A DNA stretch of 63,041 nt, the filler included, from Chiloscyllium plagiosum (taxonomy: Eukaryota): assembly GCF_004010195.1 (NCBI RefSeq). It is 5 parts of 2 records of this genome, joined end to end, with 100 filler letters (N's around TTAATTAATTAA, not from the genome) between each part and the next. Parts side by side here need not be neighbours in the genome. Positions count along the whole stretch, not along the records: positions 11,408 to 40,842 come from NC_057713.1; 4 more parts are not named here. One strand, 5' to 3'. Within the stretch, counting starts at the first letter, position 1. Every line of letters begins with the position of its first letter. The notes beneath the pieces are model-generated. The model was not told where the DNA came from. It did not search any database and saw only the letters and a program-made list of their open reading frames with translations. Positions 24,960 to 38,507 of this stretch are shown piece by piece. A program made the position numbers and the translations under genes.

Positions 24960-26530
24960 TGGATGAAAATGATAGTCTTCCATGCAGCACGGAAACAGGA
25001 CCTTTGGTCTAACTAGTCCATGCTGACCATGCTTCCTGAACGAGTTACATTTGCCTGCGTTTGGCCCATATCCCTTCAAACCTTCTGCTGTCCATGTATC
25101 TGCCCAAATGATTTTTACATGTTGTAATTGAACTTTTCCCTGGGGTAGAGGCCTTGGCTATTCACCTTTCCTATGCCCCTCATGGTTTTAAAACCGTTGT
25201 GAGGCATACCCCTCAGCCACCTATGCACAATGGAATTATGAAGGACAACCATAAAAATATCTTTGCTCGGGTCCCCGCCACTACTTTGCCACAATGTTCT
25301 GGGATACACTTGCTCAGGACCTAGGGCTTTCTCTATCTTTGTGTTTTAAGACCTCCAGCACCACCTCTTCTGTAATGGGGACCCTTTTCATACCATCACT
25401 CTTTCTTTCCCTTTGTTACCTCGTCTTTGTCAACAGTACTTTCTGATATGAAATATTCATTAAGGATCTTACCCAACTCCATGTGTGGAACACACATGGA
25501 TGGCCTCATTGATCTTTAAGGGGCCTATTGTCTCTTCAGTTGCATTTTTGTATTTGTCTGCTGCAGAATGTCTCTGGATTCTCCTTAAATCTATCTGTCA
25601 AAGCCATCTCATTCCAAGTTTTGCTTTCCAGCTTATCCATCCTCTCCTTGTAAGTCAAACCCTCTAGTATCAGTAGCATCTTTGTCAATCTTCGCGCCAT
25701 TTGCAGTTTCAGAAAATGCTTCCGAAAGCTGGATGATCAGAATTCTATGCAGTGCTCCAAATGCAGACCCAGCAATGTCTTGTACAGCCGTAACATGATG
25801 TACCAACTATTATACTTTCTGCTTTGATCCATGAAGACAGGTGTGTCAAATGCCATTTCACCACCCAGCCCACTAGTGAGGCCACTTCCATGGAACAATA
25901 TAACCACACCCATTGGCCTCTCTCTGTTCGACAACACAGCCCCGGGCCCAACCATTAATTGTATTAGTCCTCCCTGGTTTGTCTTAACAAAATCCAACAC
26001 CTGAATTCAACTCCATCACTCATTCCTCGAGCACTGGCCCAGCTGATCCCAATTACTGTTTTCCCTTCCCACTTTAACACTAATTTTGGTATTCACAAAC
26101 TTATTTACAATGACTCCCACATGCTGACCCAACTTGTTTCTGTAAATGATGCACATGAGTGGACCCAGCACTGATCCTTATGGCACACCGATGGTTACAG
26201 GCCCCCAGGCTGCATCACAACCCTCTATCACCACCCTCTATCTCCTACTGTCAAGCCCATTTTCTATCCAGTTGACTCACTCTCCCTGATCGCATAGATC
26301 TAACCTTACCAACCAGTGTACCATGCTAAACCCTGTCAAAGGCCTTGCTGAATTCATTATATACAGTGTCTACTGCTCTGCCTTCATCTATCTTCTTGTT
26401 CACCTCTTGAACAGATTTAAGCAAGTTTGAGAGATACAACCTTGCATAAAGCAGTGCTGAAGATCCATAATCTATCCTTGCTTTTCCAATTGCATGTAAA
26501 CCCTGTGCCTTTGGGGCCAATGAGCATAAT
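24960..26530 (-). mobile_element. Fragmented old CR1 ORF2
   Basis: EFSKAFDRV, LRLYKTLLGLHLEHCIEF and YPRTLW remnants. Confidence 0.7.
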
Positions 26531-26539
26531 TCCATTAGT

Positions 26540-29500
26540 TTTAAAATAGTGGTGGAAAATGATACACTGGATCTAAAATTGAAGTTCTACCTTGAAGGAA
26601 GGCTAATGTTGACAGTATTAGGTAAGCAATTTCAAAAGCTGATTGCAGGCAGATGTTCACAGGTAAAGGTATAGCTGGAAAATGGAAAGACTTCGAAAAT
26701 GCGATAATGAGAGTCCAGAGACAGTCTATTCCTGTTAGGATGAAAGGAAAGAATGGTAGGTATAGGGAATGCTGGATGACTAGAGAAATTGCCGTTTTGG
26801 TTAAGAAAAAGAAGCAAGCATATCTCAGGTATAGAGGAGAGACCAAGCGAATTTTTAGAAGAGTATAAAGACAGTAGGAGTATTGCAAAGAGCGAAATTA
26901 GGAGGGCAAAAATGGGACATGAGGTAGCTTTGGCAAATAGGGTTGAGGAGAATCCAAGAGGTGTTCAAAAATACATTTAGGACAAATGGTTTCGGAGGAG
27001 AGAATAGGGTCCCTCAAAGATCAGCAATGCAGCCTATGTATGGAGCCGCAGGAGATGGGGGAGATACTTAAAGAGTATTTTGCATCAATGTTCACTGTAG
27101 AGAAGGACATGGAAGGTATAGAATGTGGGGAAATAGATGGTGACATCTTGAAAAATGTGCATAGTACAGAGGAGAAATTGCTGGATGTCTTGAAATTCAT
27201 AAAAGTGGATACATCCCCAGGACCAGATCAGGTGTACCCTCGAACTCTGTGGGACGTTAGGGAAGTGAATGCTGGGCCCCTTGCTGAGATATCATGGATA
27301 GTTACAGGTGAGGTGCCGGGAGACTGGTGGTTGGCTAGCGTGTTGCCACTGTTTAAGAAGGGTGGTAAGATAAGCCAGGGAACTATACACCTGTGAACCT
27401 GACGTTGGTGGTGGGCAACTTGTTGGAGAAAATCCTGAGAGACAAGATTTACAAGTATTTGGGAAGACAAAGACTGATTATGACTAGTTAACATTGTTTT
27501 TTGTATGCAGGAAATCATGTCTCAAAAACTTGGTGGAGTTTTTTGAAGAAGTAAAAACAAGGATTGATGAGGGCAGAGCAGTAGTCGTGATTTATATGGC
27601 TTCATTAAGGCGTTCAACAAGGTTCCCCATGGGAGATTCGTTATTAAAGTTATATCTCATGGAATATATGGAGAACTAGCCATTTCAAGACAGAACCAAC
27701 TCAAAGATAGAAGACAGAAGGTGATGGTGGAGAGTTGCTTTTCAAGCTGGAGACCCGTGAGCAGTGGAGTGAGCACAAGAATCGATACTAGGTCCAATAC
27801 TTTTTCTAATTTATATAAATGATTTGGATGTGAACATAGGAGGTATAGTTAGTAAGTTTGTATACGACACCAAGGTTGGAGATGTAGTGGATAGTGAAGA
27901 AGGTTACCTCAGATTACAACGGGATCTTGATCAGATCGGCCAATGGGCTGTCGAGTGGTGGAAGGATCAGGATGTAGGTTTACTTGCTGAGCTGAAAAGT
28001 TTGTTTTCAGACATTTCGTCACCATACTAGGTAACATCTTCAGTGAACCCTCAAATGAAGCACTGTTGGTGTAGCTCACTTTCTATTTATATGTTTAAGT
28101 TTCCTGGTGTTGGAGATGTCATTTCCTGTGGTGACATCAGTCCGTATGGCGATGTCATTTCCTGTTCTTTTCCTCAGGGGGTGGTAAATGGCATCCACGT
28201 CGATGTGCTTGTTCATATAGTCCTGGTTGGAATGCCATGCTTCTGGGAATTCTTGTGCATGTCTCTGTTTGATTTGTCCTAGAATGGATGTGTTGTCCCA
28301 GTCGAAGCGGTGTCCTTCCTCAATCTGTATGTAAAGATACTAGTGAGAGTGGGTTATGTCGTTTTGTGGTTGGTTAATGTTCATGTATCCTGGTGGCTAG
28401 CTTTCTGCTTTTTTGTCCAAAGGACAACACAGCCATCCTAGGACAAGCTAAATAAAGACACGTACGAGAATTCCTCGAAGCATGGCATTCCAACCAGAAC
28501 TCTATCAACAAACACATTGACTTGGATACCATTTACTGCCCCTGAGAAAAAGAACTGGAAATGACATCACCATAGGAAAATATGTCACCACAGGAAATGA
28601 TATCACCAACACTAGGAAACTCAAACATGCAAATAGAAAGCGGGCTACATCACCAGTGCTTCATTCGGAGGCTCACTGAAGATGTTACATAATACGGTGA
28701 TGAAACCTCTGAAAATGAACCTTCCAGTTCAGTGAGCAAACCTGCATCTAGAAGCTCAACCTGAGCTACAAATCTTCTCAAAGCTCACTCGTGGCAGAGT
28801 GAGTTTGATTTAAATAAATGTGAGGTGCTGCATTTTGAAAAAGCAAGTCTTAGCAGGACTTTTATGCTGAATAGTAATGTCGTAGCGAGTGTTGCTAAAC
28901 AAAGAGTGCTTTGAATGCAGGCTCATAGTTCCTTGAAAGTAGATTCGAGGGCAGATAGGACAGCGAAGAAGGCATTTGGTACGCTTTATTTTATTGGTCA
29001 GAGTATTGACTATAGGAGTTAAGAGGTCATGTTGCGGATGGTAATATTTTTGGAATATTACGTGCAATTCTGGTCTTTTTCCTATCGGAAGAATGTTGTG
29101 AAACTTGAAAAGGTTCAGAAAGGTTTCACAGGGTGTTGCTAGGGTTGAAGAATATGCGCTATAGGGAGAGGTTGAATAGGCTGGGGCTCTATTCCCAGGA
29201 GTGTCAGAGGCTGAGAGGTTCCTTATAGAGTTTTATAAAATCAGGAGGACCATGGATTGGATAATTCGAGAAAGTCTTTTCCCTGTGGTGGGGGAGTCCA
29301 GAACTAGAGGGAGTAGGTTCAGGGTGAGAGCGAAAGATATGAAAGTGACCAAAAGGGGCAAATTTTTCATGCAGAGAGTTGTGCATGTATGGAATGAGCT
29401 GCCAGAAGAAGTAGTGGAAGCTGGAACAATTATGGCTTTTAAAAGGCATCTGGATCGTTATATGAATGGAAAGGTTTGGAGAAATGGGACTATATTAATG

Positions 29501-29580
29501 TAGGATATCTCATCAGCATTGACGAGTTGGACTGAAGGGTCTGTTTCTGTGTTGTACATCTTGTTGACTCTATGATTCTG
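26540..29580 (+). mobile_element. CR1 ORF2 to 3' end, interrupted by a PLE at 27962-28790
   Basis: SPGPDQVYPRTL, LPLFKKG, SKFVYDTK, FMQRVVHVWNELP; ACTCTATGATTCT tail. Confidence 0.92.
27962..28790 (+). mobile_element. Poseidon-like PLE 3' end with long 5' inversion
   Basis: 28421-28790 encodes DNTAILGQAK..REFLEAWHSNQNSINKHIDL plus pLTR; 27962-28420 is the reverse-oriented copy; splits the host CR1 at GTGG. Confidence 0.85.
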
Positions 29581-30589
29581 TGAGATAAAGAGACAGAGAG
29601 AAAGATTGGAGAATCAGTCAGAGACAGACATGAGTTCTGGAAAGACACAGAGTCTGAAGATGTGATGTCACCATGGCTGTGGGTCTTAGCTCTCTCTCTC
29701 TCTCTTCATGGTACATCACACACTGTCTCTCCAATGAGGGATAGAACCTGCTCCTGGTGTTTGCTTCAGTCTGGGGTTGCTTCAGGGAAGGGGTGTTAAA
29801 GATTAAAAATTGGCATTGATTTTCCCGCTGTACGAACACACATTCTCTCTCATAGACACAGAGACAGGTACAGGGACAGGCAGAGAGCCTCTGATATCTC
29901 CTGGCAATATCCACATGGCAAAAGCAAGTATGGCTGCCAAGACCTGGTTTGTAAAGCCCCACTTCTATAACCCATGTAGTTCTCTCCTCCCAAATCCCAG
30001 TTCACACCTCCCCCAGGTACGGACCAAACTAAGAGGCTTCTTTCTGAGATTAAAGGGGAGAGGGTGCAGGGATGAGAAAAAGTAGCTACTCAATAGTTCA
30101 GTCCAATGGCTCCTGTCTCTAACTGGTTCCCCCTCTTCTCTCTCTCTGTCACTCTCACACACACAGACACATGAATGCACACAAACACGTGTGACACAGA
30201 GACAAAGCTGCAGTGTCAAACCAGCTGCTGCACGCTTTTATTCAGACAAGAGAACAGTCTTCTGGAGCCAGTAAACACAGACTTATCCCACAGGGACACA
30301 GAGCATTTTCACATAGAGCAATACAAGTTGGGAGTGGGACTGAAATTAAGCAATAAATTCAGTGAGTTTACTTTTAATGAGTTTCTGAGAAAGAACATCA
30401 ATCCATTTCACATCAAGGATTAACATGGATCTGTTGGACCAGTGGATATTTGTTCATTGTACAAAGGATCATGAGTTTATTAAACACCTTTACCTCCTCC
30501 CTGACAAGACAACGAGGGATATCACAGTATTGTCCCATTTTCTCATTGTCATTTCATCCGGAAAAGCTTGGAATTATCTGATTGACACA

Positions 30590-30800
30590 GAGTGCCTCTG
30601 TCTATCTTTACATATGTGTGTGTATAAATATGCCTGTGCCTGTATCAGTGTGTATTTCTGTCTCTGTAACTGTCTGTGTGTGTCTATATCTGTTGAACTG
30701 GCTCTGTGTTTGTTGCTGAGTTTGTCTGTGTGCCAGTGTATCTGAGTGCGTGTATTAGTGTGTGCCTGTATATTTGAATGTGTCTCTGTGTCTACATCGC
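30590..30800. repeat. TG-rich low-complexity tract
   Basis: Degenerate (TG)/(TGTC) repeats. Confidence 0.7.
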
Positions 30801-31324
30801 TGTGCAGTGGGCTGTCTACTGTTTTGCGGGTAAATCCATTGGAATGGGTTTAATCCTCTTCCCCTCTTTCTCTATGTGCATCCCTGTTTAAAGTGATACA
30901 ACGCTGATGGTCATGTTAATATGTGTCTCCATATTTGTGCCTCTGTGTGTTTGTATCTGTGCATCTATCCTGGCTGCTATGGGACGTATTTTGTAAAGTT
31001 TGAATTAATAAATGAATTAGTAAGTGATGAATCAAAGGTTCAGAATCTCTCTCTCTCTTCCCCCTCTCTCTCTCATGTTCAAAGTGATACAATGCCATCC
31101 TCTGGTAGTATCCCTACATCATTACACAGCACCAATTTTTATTATCTGAAGAAAGCACAGAGTCTGTGAATCTCTCTGGTTGGATAGTTGTTTGCTTGCT
31201 CAAGCAATGTTTTGGAGACACAGCAGTTTTCTATGATCGATGTCGCCCCTGATATATGAGCAGAAGAAGATTAACAAATCCAGTACTAGTCTCACCCATG
31301 CAGTTTTGTTTTATTTCTCACTGA

Positions 31325-33120
31325 CAGTAGAATTACCGCACAGGAACAGGCCTTTTGGCCCTCCAAGCCTGCGCTGACCCAGATCCTCTATCTAAACCTG
31401 TTGCCTGTTTTTCTAAAGGTCTGTATCCCTCTGTTCCCTGCCTATTCATGTATCTGTCTAGATACATGATACATCTTTGCCACTGGCAAAGATTTCCAGG
31501 CACCCACCACACCCTGCGAAAAGAAATTTCCAAACATATCTCTTTTAAAATTTTCCCTTCTCGCTAGTGACCCATAGTAATTGAGTCTGGGGAAAAGTTT
31601 ACTTCTATCCACTATACCTGAGGGTCTCAGTTGGGGCGGAACAGTGGCTTAGTGGTTAACACTGCCTTGAACCAGAGACCCTGGTTCAATTCCCACCTTT
31701 GGCGACTCTCTGTGTGGACTTTTCCCATTCTCCCTGGTCTGCATGGGTCTCCTCTGCGTGGTCCACTTTCCTTATAAAATCCAAAGATGTGCAGGCCAGG
31801 TGAATTGGCTTGCTAAATTTCCCATAGTGTTAGGTGTATTAGCCATTGGTTAAAAAAAAGTACAGGGGAATGTGTCTGCGTCAGTTACTCTGCGTAGAGT
31901 CAGTGTGAACTTGTTGCGACAAATGGCCTGTTGACATACTATAGGGGATCTAATCTGTCATGATTTTGTGGACCTCAATCACATACCCTCCTCAAACTCG
32001 GCCTTTCTAGTGAAAATAATCCTAATCTACTCAACCTCTCTTCATAGCTAGCATCTTCCAGACCAGGTAACATCCTGGTGAATCTCCTTTTCACCCTCTA
32101 AAAAGCATCCACATCCTTTTAGTAAATGTGGTGACCAGAACTGTATGCAGTATTCTAAATATGTCCGAACCAAAGTCTTATACAACTGTAACATGACCTG
32201 CCAACTCTTGTACTTAGTACCCTGTCCGACGAAGGAAAACATGCTGTATGCCTTCTTGACCACTCTATTGACCTGCATTGCCACCTTCAGGGTACAATGG
32301 ACCTGAACACCCATATCTCTCTGTACGTCAATTTTCCCAGGACTTTACCATTTACTGTATAGCTCACTCTTGAATTGGATCTGACAAAATGCATCACCTC
32401 GCATTTGCCTGATTTGAACTTCATTTGCCATTTCTGCACCCAACTCTCCAATCTGTCTTTATTCTGCTGTATTTTCTATCTGCTATTCCAGCAAACCTAA
32501 TGTTATCTGCGAACTTGCTAAACAGACCACCTATACCTTCCTCCAAATCATTTATGGAGATCACAAACAACCGTAGTTCCAGCACGGATCCTTGTCAAAC
32601 ACCATTGGTCACAGTTCTCCATTCAGAGAAACTCCCTTCCACTACCACTCTGCATCTCCTCTTTCATGGTCAGTTTACTATCCATCTAGGTAGAACATCC
32701 TGGACCCCATCTGCCTTCACTTTCTCCATCAGCCTACTGTGGGCAACCTTATCTAAATCCTTACTGAAGTCCATGTCTATGACAGTGATAGTATTTCCCT
32801 CATCAATGATCTTTGTCACTTCCTCAGAGAATTCTATTAAGTTGGTAAGATATACCCTTCCCTGCACAAAACCATGTTCCCTGTCACTTATAAGCCATTT
32901 TCTTCCAAATGGGAATAGATCCTATCCCTCAGTATCTTCTCTGAATTCTCTGAATTCCCTACCAAACTCCATCGGCTGCTCCTCAGCCCATTGGCCTATT
33001 TGATCTGTGTCCCATTGTACTCTGAGGTAAACTTCTTCCATGTCCACTATGCCTCCAATTTTGGTGTCATCTGCAAACTTACTAACTATACCTCCTATGT
33101 TCATAACCAAATCATCCAAA
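31325..33120 (-). mobile_element. CR1 RT to 3' end (composite), nested HE1 SINE at ~31633-31955
   Basis: [39 protein letters not shown]. Confidence 0.88.
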
Positions 33121-33147
33121 TGTCTCAACGTTGATCGTAATAATAAG

Positions 33148-33490
33148 CACCGTGACTCAGTGGTTAGCAATGGTGCATGACAGTGTTGGGGACCCAGGTT
33201 CAATTCTGTGTAACTGTCTGGGTGGAGTTTGCACATTCGCCCTGTGCCTGCGTGGGTTTCGTCCGGGTACTCTGGCTTCCTCCCACAACTGAAAGGTGTG
33301 CAGGTTAGGTGAATTGGCCGTGCTGAATTGCCCATCGTGTTCTCAGATACGTAGGTTAAGTGCATTGGTCAGAGGTAAATATAGAGTAATAGGGTAGTGG
33401 AATAGGTTTGGGTTGGATACTCTGCAGAGGGTCGGTGTGGACTAGTATGGCCAAAGGGCGTGTTTCCACACTGTATGCAATTCTGTGATT
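33148..33490 (+). mobile_element. HE1 SINE, diverged
   Basis: GTGACTCAGTGGTTAGC...GGTTCAATTC...GTTTCCACACTGTA. Confidence 0.85.
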
Positions 33491-35576
33491 CTAAAAAAAA
33501 CTCTACAAGGAAACCAATAGATTGGAATATATAATTCTTGCATATTCTGCACCTCTGAGCAAAAACAAAATTCTGTTCAATAATCAGTGAATGGCTCATT
33601 TTTAATTCAATCCATAAAGCTAGCTACTCTGTTTTAATCCTCAGTTCACCCATCGTTATGAATGTCCAATCAACATCACAGCAATAATAAAAGTACATTT
33701 TTCAAGTCATTTATCCCACAGTAACTTCCCATCTGACACTCGTATATATCAGATGTTTCCTCATTTGAATGATCACAATAATCTCAGCATTAAAAATTCA
33801 GAGAATTCTAATTACCTTTCATTGCAATAATTCCTGTTCTTTGCTCCACATTGCTCTGTTGAGTAGCAAAATGAGATTTCTTATATTCTAAAAGTGACTG
33901 ATAGAATTTTGACAATCCAATTGTTGCTAATATCTAAAAATTGTTCAGTCCAGCGAAATTACAATCCAGTATATGAATGAATATAAAGTTATTCCAGTGC
34001 CCAATCTCACAATAGTTGTGAATATCAATTTATATTTTAACAGTGGAAACTTAGTAGAATTGATTTAACTATTTGTCATGCTACAGCATTATTTAAAATT
34101 TGTGATTTTTTGATACAACAAAAAACAATCATCTCTTTATTGTTTCATTAAACAATCGCGGTTTTCTTTTTAAAATGTAAGTTTAACATTTTTATAAAGA
34201 AGGGAAGTTGTCTTCACCTGAACAGTCACATTGAATGATTAATTCACGCTATCTGCTCTTTATTCTCTTAGGGCTCCCAAGAAAAGGAAGCACCTAATTC
34301 TGCTGGTGCTAAATTCCTGAAAAATGTTTGGGAATGTTACAGTCTTAAAGGTGAAAAAGTTTAAGTAACGATACTGATTTTTTTCCTTCAAAAGCACTGA
34401 ACTCAAATATTTCAAACGCATGAATCCTTGTTCTCCAATGATATAAAAATGAGAAAAGGTGATTTCTTCTTCACAAAAATAATCAAATATGATTTCCTAT
34501 TAATCATTAATCAACTGGTTATCTACTTTTGTTACTAAATATTGCAATTTATTTAAGTATTGCTATGTCATTTGATCAAATAAATTTCCACTTATTGTTC
34601 AATCCTTGAATTGTCAAGATTTTGATTTTTTAATTGTCCATTCGCCAATTCATTGTGAAGGTAAGTTTAATGTGCTTTGAAAAGTATTTGAATGTGGTCA
34701 TTTGAAAATTGATTTTGTATGTCTCACACTTACCTCACTTCTAACATATTGCTTTAACTGCGTTTCAATAAGATTTCAATTAGGTATTCATTTTTTCATG
34801 CTAGCCAAGTAAACAGTTTTATTCTTCCATGGATGGAGGACAGCTACAGGTCAGTCCAAGGTCACCCTCAAGCAAGGCTGGCTGATCCCCAGGAAGAGAA
34901 GAGTGAGAGAAGATGGGGTTTCAGAGGATCCAGAATGGATGGGGAAATGCAAAGATGGGCAGACCTATAGGTGCGGGGGGAATATGACAGGAGTTCTAAT
35001 GGACATAATGTGTGCTGGCAGACCAGCTTGCCCAACCACAAAACCAATTAATGGACATTTTGATCATGTGTGGACAGATCTCCTGATGCCTTCAAACCCA
35101 CTGGTAAGATTGCAGGGAGGGTATTGAGGGAGGTGGCGAACATGATATGATGCTTCATTTTACCAATAGACCAAACCAGCAAGATAGTACGGGCAATGTT
35201 GCGATGTTATGTGGGATACTAAGAAATATCCACATGGACCAGTCACAACAGGATGAATGACAAAGGTTGTGAACACCAACCACAGAGCCAGTGGTCCACT
35301 TTCATTATCAGCCGATGGATCAAAAAGTGTTGGTGGAGTCTTTTGAGGTTTCCCAGGTCAATGTATAAACTGACCTCAATAGCAGAGGATTGTAGCGTTA
35401 TCTGGTTTTGTGGGACTTTGAAGACTGATGTTACCACACATCCTCAAACGATATTCAATTCAATTCTTGAGACCTGACGAGCAAGGCCAACCACCAAACC
35501 AATTAATCGACATTTTAGTCGCATGTGGCCTCACCTCATGGTATCCTCACTCCCACGGGTAAGATGCCCAATGTTA

Positions 35577-35595
35577 CCAATAGATCCTCCCCACG
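35577..35595 (+). promoter_or_regulatory. Exact ERSE-I consensus CCAAT-N9-CCACG
   Basis: CCAAT agatcctcc CCACG, overlapping a CACGTGAC E-box; motif match only. Confidence 0.3.
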
Positions 35596-36232
35596 TGACA
35601 ACCGTGTAAATAGTGATGAAATGTAAAGCAATAGCGGAACTGCTGGTGCAGTCTTTGTGTTCCTTCTCGGAAGGTTTTCTTTTGTAACGAATGTGTTCAG
35701 TGACTTTGCGTTGGTTTGACGATGATGCCATAGATCAATAACCATGTAAACAGAATCAACAAGAAACAATAACTGCTGTGTGTCCCCATTTCATTTGAGA
35801 ACTTCTAGTTCTGGAATTTCAAATAAGCATCGTTTATTTTTAATTCTGTCGTTAATGTAATTAGAATTAACACTAGTTGAAGCAGACAGAAAGGAACAAT
35901 ACCTTTGTGGTATCAGATTCAGATGTGGGAAGTGTTTTAAGGTAATTTGAAATCATTCACTCACTTGTTCTTCTTGGATGAGCTAGATCTTTTTAACATT
36001 TGGTGAAAGGTTTGTTGACTTTCATTTCGAGGGTCCTGATGTATCTGAAGGCTGAGGTCCGAGTCTGCTCAGTTGGCCTGTGTTTTTCCAGTTTTCTAAG
36101 GAAGTGCAAGATGACATTGAAAGAATAAACAAACACTTGTGTTTACCAGGAAGGATTCACTTTCTCAACCTCTCCCTTCACCTGACCCTCAGGTTAAACA
36201 ACCACCCGTCGACTCTGTCTAATGAGAGCACA

Positions 36233-36430
36233 GGGCAGAAGTGAAGACTGCAGATGCTGCAAACCAGAGTTTAGATTAGAGTGGTGCTGGAAAGGCACAG
36301 CAGGTCAGGCAGCATCCGAGGAGCAGGAAAATCGACTTTTTGGGCAAAAGCCCTTCCTGAAACGTCGACTTTCCTGCTCCTCAGATGCTGCCTGACCTGG
36401 TGTGCTTTTCCAGCACCACTCTAATCTAAA
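36233..36430 (-). mobile_element. Fold-back PLE pLTR insertion
   Basis: Inverted arms; 35-nt tail 36233-36267; 14-bp duplication CTAATGAGAGCACA at 36219-36232 and 36431-36444. Confidence 0.92.
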
Positions 36431-36849
36431 CTAATGAGAGCACATCACTCTGATCTGAAGTGATAGTTGCAAGTTTATATTTGCGAAAGGCAAGTCACTC
36501 CTGTTGTGTTTGTTCAAAAGTTCAAGACGGGCATATTTGTTGTGTCAGTGTATTAAGGGTAAATGGATAAAAGATAGGTAAATGGAGTTGACAGAGAAAA
36601 GGGCCAAGTTGTAATTCAATAGGACAAGCTAAGTGGCTTTATTCCTATGAATTCAAAAAAAAAGCTTACGTTCTGAATGTTTCAACAAGCGAAATGTAAT
36701 ACAAGTGGATTAATGAAAGTATACCATGTACTAGGATAGAGAACTGTTCAAACTTGCCTAGTTAGAGTTAATTAAGGAACTGGTGTATGCAATATTTTAT
36801 TTCTGATTTAATACTGTGATAGAATACTGATATAATAGTGCTGATACAG

Positions 36850-37160
36850 TCATGGTGGCTCATTGGTTAGCACTGCTGCCTCACAGCACCAGAGTCCTGG
36901 GTTAGATTCCAGCCTTGGGTGACTGTCTGTGTGGAGTTTGCACATTCTCCCCGTGTCTGTGCAGGTTTCCTCTGGGTGCTCTGGTACCCTCCCACAATCC
37001 AGAGAAGTGCAGGTTAGATGAATTAGCCATGCCAAATTGCCCATAGCATAAGGTTATCAAGTCAGGGGTAAATATAGGTTAGTGGATTGAGTTGCTGGTT
37101 GGAGGGTTGGTGTGGACTTGTTGGGGGGAAGGGCCTGTTTCCACACTATAGGGATTCTAA
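36850..37160 (+). mobile_element. HE1 SINE
   Basis: GGTGGCTCATTGGTTAGCACTGCTGCCTCACAG...GGGCCTGTTTCCACACTATAGGGATTCTA. Confidence 0.9.
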
Positions 37161-38300
37161 TTCATAATTTCCATCCATGATGAACATCAACTATATAATC
37201 ATCAAAAGGTATAGCGTTCCTTGATGTAGCATAGCGGATGTTGTGAAGATAACTGCCTGCTTTTTAAAAGAAATTCTTACAAATCATCATGATTAGAACT
37301 AATTATTACTCACGGACTGCAGAGTTATAATCGGAGTTAACAGTGAACCTTAGATGGTGTTTTATTCACTGGCCACTTTCAGCTACTCTCCCACATGCTA
37401 TGCCTGACAACCTTTAGTAAATGAATTCCAAACTTGAACCAGATTTGCAAATCAATTCCTGAATTAGATATAAGAAAACAATATATCATCTGTCAGGCAA
37501 TCCTTCTGTTCACTGCTGGCATGTTTTTGGATTATGACTACTAAAGGAAAACAAAACAATATTTCTGTGGAACTCTACTTAATTTTTGAAACCTGGATGT
37601 GCACACTTTAATTGGTTTTCTCCACTGCATAATTAACCGTAGCACCTCCATCCTGCTTTACTTGAAATATTGATACCAGCTTGAAAGATTTCCTCCATCC
37701 TTGTTGATTGCTTACTTATTCCTTGTGATCAGCATGCTGTAAAAACAGAGCCATTTTGATTTATCACCACATATACCGTGCATTGAGGGATTGTGATTTA
37801 CTGTGCTCATTTTTGAAAGAAATTTTATTGGCTTAGAAATCACAGAGGGCAGACCCTTCCATAGTGTAACCTGCCGTGTCGTTTGTTGCACTATGTAAGG
37901 AAGTAGCCGAGAGGAATAGAGGAATGAGGGAAGAGAATGCTGAAGCCCATGGATGGAAGAAGCCCAGACAGTCAGTTTAGTGATCCTTAGATAAAGTACA
38001 GGACTCGATTTCTGGAAATGTCTTTTAAGAACCTAGGATACTCAAGTTGGCAGGCTACAATGTTGATACCTGGAATGCGAAACATCTGTGTGATACAAAT
38101 TGATTTGATGGTAAGGAAAGAATTATTATGAAGAAGAAAAGCTGAGAAGTGGAGCCAATAGCCTGTTACTTCCATGGCTGAAGAGATAGACTGAATCATA
38201 AATAGTGTGAGAGTGGAAGGAGCAGAGATTTCACGGATTGAAATGGTAAAACACAATGCATTGACAGCTGGTAGCCTTTCATTTAGTCATGTATTTGCAG

Positions 38301-38507
38301 AACTGAAAATGTGTTGCTGGAAAAGCGCAGCAGGTCAGGCAGCATCCAGGGAACAGGAGAATCGAAGTTTCGGGCATAAGCCCTGAAGAAGGGCTTATGC
38401 CCGAAACATCGATTCTCCTGTTCCCTGGATGCTGCCTGACCTGCTGCGCTTTTCCAGCAACACATTTTCAGCTCTGATCTCCAGCATCTGCAGACCTCAC
38501 TTTCTCC
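38301..38507 (+). mobile_element. Fold-back PLE pLTR insertion
   Basis: Near-perfect inverted arms of ~80 bp; ~34-nt tail; 14-bp duplication TCATGTATTTGCAG at 38287-38300 and 38508-38521. Confidence 0.95.

Noticed and set aside
32425..33003. 192-aa plus-strand ORF
   Set aside because: Antisense reading of CR1 RT.
34272..34350. Possible 79-nt exon after a strong pyrimidine tract and AG
   Set aside because: Weak donor (GTGAAA) and no recognisable peptide.
35531..35731. 66-aa minus ORF MASSSNQRK...
   Set aside because: No recognisable homology or splice support.
36233..38507. Hairpins as MITEs or pre-miRNAs
   Set aside because: Sequence matches PLE 3' ends attached to RT/GIY-YIG elsewhere in the window, arms are asymmetric, and duplications are ~14 bp.
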